From Fidelibacterota bacterium (lineage in GTDB: Bacteria > Fidelibacterota > UBA8477 > JABMPR01): a stretch of 64,000 nt of DNA. The notes below the pieces were generated by a model. The model did not search any database. It was not told where the DNA came from and worked only from the letters and a program-made list of their open reading frames with translations. The position numbers were made by a program, and so were the translations under genes. Where the stretch lies: assembly GCA_018650445.1 (NCBI GenBank), contig JABIFX010000160.1, positions 37,052 through 101,051 on the forward strand, given 5' to 3'. The number at the start of each line of letters is the position of its first letter. The first letter of the stretch is position 1. Positions 19,525-29,097 of the stretch are shown piece after piece.

Positions 19525-20273
19525 TTGATCTGATCTTCCAGCTGCTGCCAGGGTTTACGCTGTGCATTGATAAATTGGGTAACAAAAGGATCCGCAGGGT
19601 GTGACGAAAGATTTGAAAGGGTATCATATTGAAGTATATATCCATCCTTCATTATCACAATCAAGTTAGCCAGAGAGGCTGCTTCACCCATATCGTGGGT
19701 CACCAGAACGACGGTTTTCCCGAGTTGACTAAAGATGGTCTTCATCTCCTCCTGCAAACTTACTCTATTTAGTGGGTCCAGGGCTCCCAGGGGTTCATCC
19801 AAAAACAAAATCTGGGGATCCAACATGAGGGCGCGCATAAGGGCAACCCGTTGAACCTGGCCCCCGGAAAGTTCCGAGGGGTAGCGTTTTAACAGGTCTG
19901 TAGAAATATGAGTCAAATCACATAATTCAGCAATGCGTTGCTCTGTTTTTTGGGGATCATGCTGTAAAAAATCTGCCATAAGACGCATATTTTGAACAGC
20001 GGTCATGTGAGGGAAAAGACCCCCATCCTGGAGTACAAATCCCACCTGCTGACGCAATTTTTCAACGTTACCCTTGGATAATTTCTCTTGAAAAAGTGAG
20101 ATATTGCCCTTCTCAGGCCACAATAAGCCGACCATGAGCCTCAGCAATGTTGATTTCCCACAGCCGCTGGGACCAATGAGAACAACGGTTTCCCCTTGAG
20201 GTATTTCTATGGAGAGGTCATGAATGACCTCATGACCGTTAAAGCTTTTACTTATATCCTTTAGTTGAATCAT
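19521..20273 (-). CDS. ABC transporter ATP-binding protein (OpuCA/EgtV-like, no CBS tail)
   Basis: Walker A GPSGCGKST, signature LSGGQVQR and Walker B ILFLDEP. 250 aa. ATGA overlap with the permease gene. Confidence 0.9.
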   Translation of the reverse strand: MIQLKDISKSFNGHEVIHDLSIEIPQGETVVLIGPSGCGKSTLLRLMVGLLWPEKGNISLFQEKLSKGNVEKLRQQVGFVLQDGGLFPHMTAVQNMRLMADFLQHDPQKTEQRIAELCDLTHISTDLLKRYPSELSGGQVQRVALMRALMLDPQILFLDEPLGALDPLNRVSLQEEMKTIFSQLGKTVVLVTHDMGEAASLANLIVIMKDGYILQYDTLSNLSSHPADPFVTQFINAQRKPWQQLEDQIK

Positions 20274-20278
20274 GTGAG

Positions 20279-21133
20279 CTAGCGACTAACTCCTGCGATG
20301 CTTTCAGCGTGTTGAATGGCCTTGTCTAGAAATGTTTCCACCATTGATTTTTGCGCTTCGGGTGTATCCTCCTTAACAATTTGAGCCAGAGTTAAGACCA
20401 TACCGGTCCAACCTTCGGTATGCCATTTTCCAAAAGTCAGGGGCAGATCTATAATTTGATCTTTTGCAGGATAGGGCCAGACATTTACATAATAGTAAGG
20501 GGCAGTATAGCTGGTGTCACCAGGCGACATGCCTATGCCAATAGATTTTTCCTCACCAGGAGTGACCAAAATGGCCATGTCAAAATGGTGGGGCCAGGTC
20601 GCTACACTTCCTGCCCTATCATCTTTTTTAGCAATTGCCTCAAGCTGCAGATAGGCATTGGAATAGGCTGAGGATAATTGGTCAAAGGCTGCCTGATCCG
20701 ATGTGTCAAACGGGATTGACCAACGAGTGGGATAGTCAGGTAATTCAAAATGTCTTTTCATGGTGAAGACAGACTTTGGGAGCCCATGGTCTTCCAGAAA
20801 GAATTGTAAATCGGCAGCAACTTGCTTCAGGAGTGTTCCGTTTAATTTCAATTCTAATAATGATTCATGATTATGAAGTACTTGACAGCTAAGATTCTGA
20901 AGCGTTAGACCGATCTGAAATTTGTGGCCAGGTCCAAAGGGTTGACTTAATAACATGCTGGCCGGGGAATCCCATAGCAGAGACGTATGGCTATCATCAG
21001 CCTTATGTTCTACAAAAGATATTCCTGCAGCAGTCAGGAGTTGGACGGCCTGGTGCAGTTGCCCACGTGCTTCAAATAGTCGATCATCTTTGATCTGTAT
21101 CAGTTGTTTCCAGTTGGTATCTATTATGCTCAC
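20279..21133 (-). CDS. conserved hypothetical protein embedded in the ergothioneine operon
   Basis: 284-aa ORF with no signal peptide and no family motif I can name. Sits 5 nt upstream of the ABC ATPase gene and 46 nt downstream of egtB. Confidence 0.5.
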   Translation of the reverse strand: MSIIDTNWKQLIQIKDDRLFEARGQLHQAVQLLTAAGISFVEHKADDSHTSLLWDSPASMLLSQPFGPGHKFQIGLTLQNLSCQVLHNHESLLELKLNGTLLKQVAADLQFFLEDHGLPKSVFTMKRHFELPDYPTRWSIPFDTSDQAAFDQLSSAYSNAYLQLEAIAKKDDRAGSVATWPHHFDMAILVTPGEEKSIGIGMSPGDTSYTAPYYYVNVWPYPAKDQIIDLPLTFGKWHTEGWTGMVLTLAQIVKEDTPEAQKSMVETFLDKAIQHAESIAGVSR

Positions 21134-21179
21134 AGTAATTCCAATATTTGCAAATGAAGGTACATTGATTTTAGGTCAT

Positions 21180-22460
21180 CTACACATCTCGGGCGAGACG
21201 AACTCCCATGAATTGCCAACGTGAATGGGGATAAAAGAAATTCCGGTAGGTGGATCGCAGGTGGTCGCTGCTGCTGACACACGAACCTCCCCGTAAAACC
21301 ATCTGGCTGGACATAAATTTCCCATTGTATTCGCCCACAGCACCACTGGCAGATTTAAATCCATGGTAGGGAGAGTAGGGGCTGCGAGTCCACTCCCAGA
21401 CATCTCCAAACATCTGACTCAATTGTGATCCTGCAGTAGGTTCTGCTGGTGCAGGATGAAAGAGTTGTGTCTGGACGAAGTTGCCCTCAATCTGGAGACT
21501 CTGTGCGGCATGCTCCCACTCAATCTCACTGGGAAGACGCGCTCCACACCAATTTGCGTAGGCATCAGCTTCATAAAAACTGAGGTGAGTGACAGGGCTG
21601 TCAAGATTTAATGGGACAAGTCCTGATAGTGTAAACTCAAACCATTGATTTTCTTGGTGAATCCAATAGAGGGGGGCAATCCAAGATTCTTGATTGATCA
21701 AGGCCCATCCATCCGATAACCAGAGAGCTGCCTGACTGTATCCACCATCTTTAATAAATGATAGATACTCCCGGTTTGTTACCAACCGGCTACCTAATTC
21801 AAAAGGTTGGAGGAGAACATCATGTCGGGGTGTTTCATTATCAAAACTGAACTCGCTACCAGAGAATCCGTGCTGAATCTGTCCACCCTCAAAAGCCGTC
21901 CAACTAAGCTCTTGATAATTATCAGTGATCTTTGGTTGTTCAATCATCACGTAGGCAGGGTAGATCGGATTTTGAAAAAAGACATGCTTGATATCAGTGA
22001 GCATCAATTCCTGGTGCTGTTGTTCATGGTGAAGTCCTAAAACAAAAACGGATTCAAGGCTGGAGATTTTATGCTCATCCAGGGACTCAAAAAGACGGAT
22101 TATTTCATGGTCAACATGGTGACGATATGTAAATACTTCATCAACAGTAGGACGGCTCAAGTGCCCTCTTTCGGGACGGGGAAATTGCTCTCCAACTGCA
22201 TTGTAATATGAATTGAACAGATAATTATAAAGCTCATTGGGGGTCTCATAGCCACTAAGTTCTGGCTTGAGGATGAAGGTCTCAAAAAACCAGGAAGTAT
22301 GGGCAAGGTGCCAGCGTGTTGGGCTCACATCCGGCATGGATTGAACCACAAAATCTTCCTTTCCCAGTGGCTCACAAAGCTGTTCAGTAAATTTTCGAAC
22401 CGCTGTGTATTTTGCAATAAGTTGTGTTCTTAAATCCTGTATTTCCCCTGAATTGTTCAT
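21180..22460 (-). CDS. egtB: hercynine sulfoxide synthase EgtB (DinB-like N-terminal domain plus FGE-sulfatase-like C-terminal domain)
   Basis: SPTRWHLAHTSWFFETF, HHEQQHQELM, ...EWEHAA..., GDVWEWT and LRGGS. 426 aa. Confidence 0.9.
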   Translation of the reverse strand: MNNSGEIQDLRTQLIAKYTAVRKFTEQLCEPLGKEDFVVQSMPDVSPTRWHLAHTSWFFETFILKPELSGYETPNELYNYLFNSYYNAVGEQFPRPERGHLSRPTVDEVFTYRHHVDHEIIRLFESLDEHKISSLESVFVLGLHHEQQHQELMLTDIKHVFFQNPIYPAYVMIEQPKITDNYQELSWTAFEGGQIQHGFSGSEFSFDNETPRHDVLLQPFELGSRLVTNREYLSFIKDGGYSQAALWLSDGWALINQESWIAPLYWIHQENQWFEFTLSGLVPLNLDSPVTHLSFYEADAYANWCGARLPSEIEWEHAAQSLQIEGNFVQTQLFHPAPAEPTAGSQLSQMFGDVWEWTRSPYSPYHGFKSASGAVGEYNGKFMSSQMVLRGGSCVSSSDHLRSTYRNFFYPHSRWQFMGVRLARDV

Positions 22461-22520
22461 AACTGCTTCAAAGCCTTAAATATTCTTGTTTCTTATTATG
22501 ATTGATTGGTGGTTGAACTT

Positions 22521-22561
22521 AACAAAAGCACCCTGAATTAGTATTAAAAACAGGGTGCTTT
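22521..22561 (-). terminator. rho-independent terminator downstream of yceI-like gene
   Basis: AAAGCACCCTG-N15-CAGGGTGCTTT: an 11-bp stem followed by TTTTGTT on the minus strand. Confidence 0.75.
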
Positions 22562-22597
22562 CGATCTTGCAGAGGAAAAATGCAACAGAAACTACCG

Positions 22598-23134
22598 CTA
22601 GAAACTGACATCCAGGTTCAGATTAACCTTATCTAAAACTTTCATGGGTCCCATCCCAACCAGCGGGAGGTCAAAATCCGTGGGTACAATGAGGAAACTG
22701 CCAGTAGCATTCCATTTTCCTGCTGACTGTTTCAAATCCAACATCAATGTAAAGGGTTTTGTAATTCCATTTACTTGGAGATTTCCAGCCAACGATACAG
22801 CACCATCCTTTAGTTCTGGTAAATTCACATCGGATTTAAAGGTTATGAGAGGATGCTTTTTGCGGTCTAAAACTGACATACGCATATGTGTGTCACGCAT
22901 AGCATTTCCAGTATGAAGATCATTCACAGAGACCTCCACGTTGACTGTCCGATTTCCACTGGTGTCAGCGTCGCTAACTGAAACCGTGAAAATCCGAGCT
23001 TCAACAGGAAAATCATGGGTTCGGGCATGCCCCAAACCTTCAAAGCTACCGTTTGCTTCAGTGATGGTGATATTGGCCCAACTCAACAGTGGGAGAATAG
23101 TGATAGTCATGGCGATCAAATTATTCAATTTCAA
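22598..23134 (-). CDS. YceI-family periplasmic (polyisoprenoid-binding-like) protein
   Basis: Signal peptide. 178 aa. ...HTGNAMRDTHM...L....HP.ITF.S... matches the YceI pattern. Confidence 0.75.
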   Translation of the reverse strand: MKLNNLIAMTITILPLLSWANITITEANGSFEGLGHARTHDFPVEARIFTVSVSDADTSGNRTVNVEVSVNDLHTGNAMRDTHMRMSVLDRKKHPLITFKSDVNLPELKDGAVSLAGNLQVNGITKPFTLMLDLKQSAGKWNATGSFLIVPTDFDLPLVGMGPMKVLDKVNLNLDVSF

Positions 23135-23354
23135 AATTAACTCCTTTCAACGAGTTTTTAATTCTGCTGACAGGGTAACTTTTCTCTGGATACGCTTCTG
23201 TCCTGAAAACGACAAAGCTGATATAAAGCCCGATTTGTTTGACAAGCACACTCACTAATGATATCATGGCGGTATTCCCGCTTGCAGGCCCTAAATTTTC
23301 AGATACATTTTTGCGAGAATCCCAAAATGAATTATTAATGAATAGGGGAAAGTC

Positions 23355-24229
23355 ATGAACAATTTACTTAAGCTATTGATAATAATGCCAATAGCACTGT
23401 TTGTCTTAAGCTGTGAAGAAGAAACACCAGACTATGCGGCTGATATAATCAACACCTATATCCTTGAATCAATAGAATTTATGGGTGAAACCCTGGATTT
23501 TACTGATTTACCACTTGAGGGCGCCATGCTGGTGAAGATCACTCGTGATGAGGCGATTACCTACGAGAACGATGAAGACCACTGTGATGATACTTATAGC
23601 GAAGAATCTGACGAAATTGATGGTGTTACAGAAACAGCCATCCTTTTTGCAGATGGATCGGAGACTGAATATAGCATCATAGGTGGTAAACTCAGATTGG
23701 TTGAGGACGGTGATGTCATCATTCTGGCAGTTTTTATAACGGAACGGTTCCACCTGCATCATGGACGGATCCCTCTCTTTTGACCAATGATACTTACGAA
23801 CCGAATAATGAAACTGCCACAGCTACTTCAATTGCAGCTGGTGGAACCATCCAGAACCATTTTATGGGAGCCTGTGGAGACGAGGATTACTTCATGTTTT
23901 CTGCTACAGCAGGTGTTTCTTACATCATGGAGACCACTTCTCCCCTTGATCAATTCCTGGATCTGACACTCGCTTTATATCAGGGGAATGGTATGCTGGT
24001 GGATTCTGATGATGATGGTGGTACGGATTTCAATCCCAGTCTGTATTGGACCTGCCAGACTTCTGGTGACTACTATTTTGTCATAGAGGGGTTCTGGGAT
24101 GACGATATTGGTAACTATTCAGTATCTGTGATTGAGAGTTCAGCCCTAGTAAAACCGATAGTAGTGCCAGAGATAAAAAGAGCCAGGCCTGAAAAAAAGA
24201 TCAGATTAAGCGAACTCCTTTTTAATTAG
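23355..24229 (+). pseudogene. lipoprotein with C-terminal PPC (pre-peptidase C-terminal) domain, interrupted by a 1-nt frameshift
   Basis: ORFs 23355-23783 and 23780-24229 are together colinear with the intact paralog at 24396-25292. The frame switch maps to the T5 run at 23731-23735. After it, the second frame already reads ...YNGTVPPASMDGSLSLTNDTYEP, against FEYDFPPPAWTDPLFLTNDEYEP in the paralog. Confidence 0.7.
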
Positions 24230-24251
24230 AGCAAGCTCGAATAAATTTTAT

Positions 24252-24287
24252 GAAAGAGGCTGTTCTTTGAGCAGTCTCTTTCTTTTT
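24252..24287 (+). terminator. rho-independent terminator
   Basis: GAAAGAGGCTG-N9-CAGTCTCTTTC: an 11-bp stem with one G-T pair, followed by TTTTTG. Confidence 0.7.
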
Positions 24288-24395
24288 GTGACAGCTATGC
24301 ATTTGAGCCATTGCATATAAAGTTCACAATAGTTATTGCATGTGTTCCTCGGTCAAATAGTTTTTACAAGCTCGCATAATTGAAAGGGATCAGCA

Positions 24396-25292
24396 TTGAA
24401 TCAATGGCTTAACAGGGGATGCTTATTGTTTCTGGGACTCGTCATGGTAGCCTGTGAAGATGCTACCATTGATTATTCATCAGATATTCTAGGTATCTAT
24501 ATTGTTGAAAATACAACCGTTGATGGGATCTATACTGATTATAGCACTTTACCGATTGAAGAAGCCTGGATTATTGATATCACCGCTGACAATTTATTGT
24601 CCTATGTGAATGATGCAAATTTATGTGATTCAACCTTCAGTCTGGACGCCAGGGTCATTGATATGGTAACTGATACATCAATTGTTTTTACAGATAATAC
24701 GTACCTGGATTATAGCAATAATAATGAGCAGCTTACGCTCTATAACGACGACGACGTGATGGTTCTGGCTGGATTTGAATATGATTTTCCTCCCCCAGCA
24801 TGGACAGATCCGCTATTCCTAACGAATGACGAATATGAACCAGACAGCAGCTTGAGTTTGGCCAGCAGAATTTCTGCTGCGGGTGCTTTTCAGACTCACT
24901 ATTCGGCTGTCTGTGATGATGATGATTTTTTTATATTTGATGCTCTGGGGGGTACCGTATATATCATTGAAGCTGAAGCAGCCATAGGGACTGATATTGA
25001 TTTAACATTATCTCTGTATTCTACCGATAGTCTTATAGCCTATAATGATGATCAGGCCTCTACCAATGTTGACCCAAAATTAGTGTGGACCTGTCTGGAC
25101 AGTGGTGACTACTATTTTATAGTAAAAAAGTATTGGGATTATCTAGATCCGGGTAATTCTTTGGATGATGAGAAGGGTGCCTACACTATCAGTGTTGATG
25201 TAACAAAAGGATTGCTGCAGGCATCACCAGAGATAATCAAGCTTCATCGACCGGTTAAAGCGTCTCGTCTTTTCCACAAATTTTTCGACTAG
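24396..25292 (+). CDS. lipoprotein with C-terminal PPC domain (intact paralog)
   Basis: Lipobox LVMVAC. The C-terminal half has YEPD...CDDDDFFIFDA..GTVYIIE...DLTLSLY...DD...W.C..SGDYYFIV, which is PPC-like. TTG start. Confidence 0.65.
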   Translation: MNQWLNRGCLLFLGLVMVACEDATIDYSSDILGIYIVENTTVDGIYTDYSTLPIEEAWIIDITADNLLSYVNDANLCDSTFSLDARVIDMVTDTSIVFTDNTYLDYSNNNEQLTLYNDDDVMVLAGFEYDFPPPAWTDPLFLTNDEYEPDSSLSLASRISAAGAFQTHYSAVCDDDDFFIFDALGGTVYIIEAEAAIGTDIDLTLSLYSTDSLIAYNDDQASTNVDPKLVWTCLDSGDYYFIVKKYWDYLDPGNSLDDEKGAYTISVDVTKGLLQASPEIIKLHRPVKASRLFHKFFD

Positions 25293-25552
25293 ACCCAATC
25301 CTTCTTACTCGCAAGAAAACATCCCTGTCAGTGCATATACTATGCTTTAAGAATACTTGCTAAGCCACCCTTCATCTGTTATCCCCAATTCTTTGTCATT
25401 TTGACAAATAGTCATGCAGATGTTTTAAATTGGTAATTAGCTCCTCTGGTACTTTCACCCCAGATTCTCCTCGTTGGTGGATTTATAATTATGAAAATTC
25501 TATAAAGACGAATCGTGTATTATTGTATCTGGCTACTTGCTGAAGTTGCTAC

Positions 25553-26296
25553 CTAGATAACAACTCCACCATCAACATTTAAAACCGTGCCATTAATATA
25601 CGAGGCTTCATCGGAGGCTAGAAAACAATAGGCATTTGCAATCTCCTCAGCCGTGCCCATTCGCTTCATCGGAACTTTGTCAGCCATCATTTGCAGAACT
25701 TTATCCGGTATTCCAGCTGTCATATCAGTTTGAATAAACCCCGGAGCAACAGCATTCACACGGATACCATCCTTGGCTAATTCACGAGCCCAAACTCGGG
25801 TCATACCAATGACGCCAGCTTTTGAAGCTACGTAATTGGTTTGGCCAAAATTACCATAGTGTGCTACCACTGAGGAGGCACTCAGAATAACTCCAGATCC
25901 CTGCTCCCGCATTACTTTCGCTGCTAGTTGTGTACACAAATAGACACCACGCAGGTTTACCTGGATGACATCATCAAATTGATCCAGCTCCATTTTCTTC
26001 AGAGTGGCATCCCTGAGAATTCCTGCATTGTTTACAAGGATATCCAGCCTATTAAATTTTTCTTTTATATAGCGAAACAATTCTTGAACCGTCTCATATT
26101 CAGCAACATTCACGAAGTGGAATACGGCACTACCTGATTCTTTCTCAATTATTTCCTGAGTCTCCAGAGCAGATGTTTCATCATAGTCGGCTATTACAAC
26201 CTGGGCACCTTCAGCAGCAAACTTGATGGCTGTTGCACGTCCTATTCCACGACCTGCACCAGTAATTACGGCGACTCTGTCCTTCAATCGAAGCAT
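25553..26296 (-). CDS. fabG: 3-oxoacyl-ACP reductase-like SDR
   Basis: TGAGRGIG, NNAG, the YVASK catalytic motif and INGTVLNVDGG. 247 aa. The symbol is family-level only. Confidence 0.75.
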   Translation of the reverse strand: MLRLKDRVAVITGAGRGIGRATAIKFAAEGAQVVIADYDETSALETQEIIEKESGSAVFHFVNVAEYETVQELFRYIKEKFNRLDILVNNAGILRDATLKKMELDQFDDVIQVNLRGVYLCTQLAAKVMREQGSGVILSASSVVAHYGNFGQTNYVASKAGVIGMTRVWARELAKDGIRVNAVAPGFIQTDMTAGIPDKVLQMMADKVPMKRMGTAEEIANAYCFLASDEASYINGTVLNVDGGVVI

Positions 26297-26338
26297 ATTT
26301 TCTTATCCCTTATGCTTTAGTGGATTATTTTCAGTAGA

Positions 26339-26374
26339 GAAAAAGAGAGCTTCCGATCTGGAAGCTCTCTTTTT
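26339..26374 (-). terminator. rho-independent terminator (symmetric)
   Basis: AAAAAGAGAGCTTCC-GATCT-GGAAGCTCTCTTTTT. Confidence 0.8.
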
Positions 26375-26388
26375 GCGAGCCTTACTGT

Positions 26389-26928
26389 TTATTGCTTAAT
26401 CAATGTCCCTGGATCAGTCATAAAGGCTGTTGGTCTGGGAACGGAATAAGCTAATGAACCATACTGGATCATCAGTTGGTCGGCATCAGCGTTCAAGCTG
26501 ATGATACCGGGTTGCATAGGCTGCAAAGCGGCATTGGTTGTGAAGAACAATTCTAGATCACTTGCTGTACACGTAAGATCTATCCAGATGGGATCCTGAG
26601 AATCGTCAATGGTATAGGTACCGCTGTAATGGATAGTTCCATCACCGTCCCCACCGTAGTCAACCAGATCGAAAGGGTTGGCACCTTCTACAGCATAAGT
26701 TAAGTCTGCGTTCAATGTTAACTGATAAGTAGTCCAGCCAGCTCCAGCCAGCGAACCGCTTGAACCAGTGGTGTTACCCAGGTCGCCTGTGGTGGCATTT
26801 GCAACCCAAACGCCCACGAGTTGTTCGGCTACTGTCAGCTCTTCATCGTCATCATCTTCGCAGCCAATGAATGTGAAGACGCTCATTGCCAACAACACAA
26901 CGAATAAGAGGTAAAGTGTTTTTCGCAT
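26389..26928 (-). CDS. hypothetical lipoprotein
   Basis: Lipobox FIGCEDDDD. 179 aa with no recognisable catalytic motif. Confidence 0.5.
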   Translation of the reverse strand: MRKTLYLLFVVLLAMSVFTFIGCEDDDDEELTVAEQLVGVWVANATTGDLGNTTGSSGSLAGAGWTTYQLTLNADLTYAVEGANPFDLVDYGGDGDGTIHYSGTYTIDDSQDPIWIDLTCTASDLELFFTTNAALQPMQPGIISLNADADQLMIQYGSLAYSVPRPTAFMTDPGTLIKQ

Positions 26929-26946
26929 GTCTTTCTCCTTGTTTGG

Positions 26947-27816
26947 TTATTGTTTATCTATGTAATGCGAGAGGGTGTCGTACACCGACTCGGCTGTTCC
27001 TAGATTGATATGGTTAAGACTACTGAACTGAATATTGTCTGCTCCATCAAGAATGGGGCTGTTCCGCAAATCGTTGACATTGTTGTCATTCATCAACGCG
27101 TTGGACGGGAAGAAGACATCTAGATCAGTACCGGAATATATAGTTATCCACTGGAGGGTTTCACTGTGCGGGGTCTCATCGTCCTCATTAAGCCACTGCA
27201 AAAAATCCGCCTCGGGATGTCCGAGTTCGCCACACAATCCAGATTGCTGGTTGGGACCGCAAAAGTTCACACCATGATTTGCTCCTGCAATACCCACAAA
27301 ATTCTCAACCTGATCATAATCGTCACTGTACTTTAACCAGGTCCGGGATATGGTCACACCCAGTGAATGGGCAATGATATTTACTTTTTCAGATTGTGTA
27401 TAGGCAAGAACCTCAGAAACGAATTGATCGATTTCTTCCCAGTTCCCTTCATTAGTATTGAATAAGTCCTCAGAAACCACTGCACCCAGATAGCCTACCG
27501 CCCATAGTTCATTCCAGGTGTAACCATCTTCAGCAAAGTAAGTGGCCATGGGGATCCAATTATCCGCAGTGTGCCCATTTCCATGCACGAAGACGATAGG
27601 TGTATGTGTTACTTCGCCCCAACCACCGCCCCAACCAGTAACGGGATCTCCAGAGTCGGCGTCCATGGGAATAGTAAAATCATCGGGGAATGACTCAGGA
27701 AGAAGGGCCCGGTCAGTTATTTTGTCGGTCTCAGGATCTGTGCAGCCCATGATCATGAACATAAGAAAAATTAGGCTAGGGCGCATAGTATTTGATATCA
27801 TCCGCATAGTATTCAT
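26947..27816 (-). CDS. secreted lipase/esterase (lipase class 2-like alpha/beta hydrolase), lipoprotein
   Basis: FVHGNGHTADNW and nucleophile elbow IIAHSLGV, then GIAGANHG, colinear with Bacillus LipA-type lipases. IMGC lipobox. The true start may be an internal Met (27807 or 27786). Confidence 0.7.
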   Translation of the reverse strand: MNTMRMISNTMRPSLIFLMFMIMGCTDPETDKITDRALLPESFPDDFTIPMDADSGDPVTGWGGGWGEVTHTPIVFVHGNGHTADNWIPMATYFAEDGYTWNELWAVGYLGAVVSEDLFNTNEGNWEEIDQFVSEVLAYTQSEKVNIIAHSLGVTISRTWLKYSDDYDQVENFVGIAGANHGVNFCGPNQQSGLCGELGHPEADFLQWLNEDDETPHSETLQWITIYSGTDLDVFFPSNALMNDNNVNDLRNSPILDGADNIQFSSLNHINLGTAESVYDTLSHYIDKQ

Positions 27817-29086
27817 CTACCAGGAAAGCTCCAAACCATAGCCCTGGGATTGATTCTTCAGTTCCGGTCCAGTCCGGGATAGTATAGCTGTAATCCCAAT
27901 TGCCAGTGGGCTCAGCGCCACTGAATATTTCGGTACGCATGGTCCCATCGAAGACCTCCAGCACCAGATTGAACCATTGATCGTAAGTTATCGCAGGCAT
28001 GGCTCCCCAGGCTGGGATGGATGCTTCAGGTGCAAGTGCTGCACCAAACCATGCAGATACCCGGTTACGTCCCGGTCCATATACCAGATAATAAGGACTG
28101 GCAGCGCCTGAGTAGTACTGTGTGAAAATCACCAGAGATTCAGCAGTAGTGCTGGCTACTGGATCGTCCATACCCTTTATCCGCATTTGAATTCTAAAAT
28201 TTGAATTTGTAAGCATGCCGTCACCAGTAGGCCACCCATATTCTGAATCATAGGTCGTGCCCCCATAGGTCATTATCAGGAGTTGTCGATTGGTGAAATA
28301 GGCATTACTAGGTTCTTTGAGACGTAATACAGGATTTCCATTATCATCCACAATAGCGGGTCGGCCAGTTGGAGGACCAGCCGCCGAAGTGTCAGACTCC
28401 AATTCTTTATTGATCTGCCAAATCATTCCATTATTTCCCGTGAAATAATAGTCTCCAATCGTAGTCGTATCCACCGAGCTAAAATCCTCTGTGAAGGCTA
28501 TATCCCAAATGTATATCCGAATGGGATCACTCTCCAGGTTTCCCTGCATAGCACGCACAGTTGTTTCTCCCTTGGATACGCCAGTCAATTCACCACTAGC
28601 AGCAGCCAACAACAATGATTCGTCGGCTGAGATCCAATTTGAGATGCCCAGCCCAGGGATGGTGGTCCCCAGAGCATCTATAATAGTACCAGCTAACGTG
28701 ATCGACTGTCCAACTACGACTGCTTCTGAAGAATAGTCGAGTTCAATCTGGTCTGGATCGCCGGCTACATGAAGGACTGCATCATTACTTTCAACACCTT
28801 CAGCCTGGGCAGTTATCACGACACCTTGTGCCATGGCCAAACCCGTAGCCAGACCATTATCATCGACTTGAACGGCGGTCGGATCAGATGAATACCAGGT
28901 GAATTCAACACCAGTAACCGGATCGAGATCAATATTTAAGGCTTCTCCGGCAAACTGTACGGTCTGACCAACAGCTATCACTGATTGGAGAGGTGTCACT
29001 GCAATGACATCAATTGCTACTACCTCTTCAGCGTCCTCTTCACAAGAGAGTAGCAGGATAAGCGAAAGTAGAATAATTTTTTTCAA
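27776..29086 (-). CDS. lipoprotein with tandem bacterial Ig-like (Big_2) domains and an uncharacterised C-terminal domain
   Basis: Lipobox LLLSCEED. Two Big_2-like repeats of ~80 aa (VTPL...VGQTVQF...; ...VGQSITLAG...). Confidence 0.55.
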   Translation of the reverse strand: MKKIILLSLILLLSCEEDAEEVVAIDVIAVTPLQSVIAVGQTVQFAGEALNIDLDPVTGVEFTWYSSDPTAVQVDDNGLATGLAMAQGVVITAQAEGVESNDAVLHVAGDPDQIELDYSSEAVVVGQSITLAGTIIDALGTTIPGLGISNWISADESLLLAAASGELTGVSKGETTVRAMQGNLESDPIRIYIWDIAFTEDFSSVDTTTIGDYYFTGNNGMIWQINKELESDTSAAGPPTGRPAIVDDNGNPVLRLKEPSNAYFTNRQLLIMTYGGTTYDSEYGWPTGDGMLTNSNFRIQMRIKGMDDPVASTTAESLVIFTQYYSGAASPYYLVYGPGRNRVSAWFGAALAPEASIPAWGAMPAITYDQWFNLVLEVFDGTMRTEIFSGAEPTGNWDYSYTIPDWTGTEESIPGLWFGAFLVDEYYADDIKYYAP

Positions 29087-29097
29087 TTAAGACCTCC

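Noticed and set aside
25394-25408. The TTGTCA-TTT-TGACAA inverted repeat downstream of the PPC paralog and of the fabG-like gene.
   Set aside because: It has only 6-bp arms, lies in AT-rich DNA between convergent gene ends, and has no obvious cognate regulator nearby. That is too weak to call.
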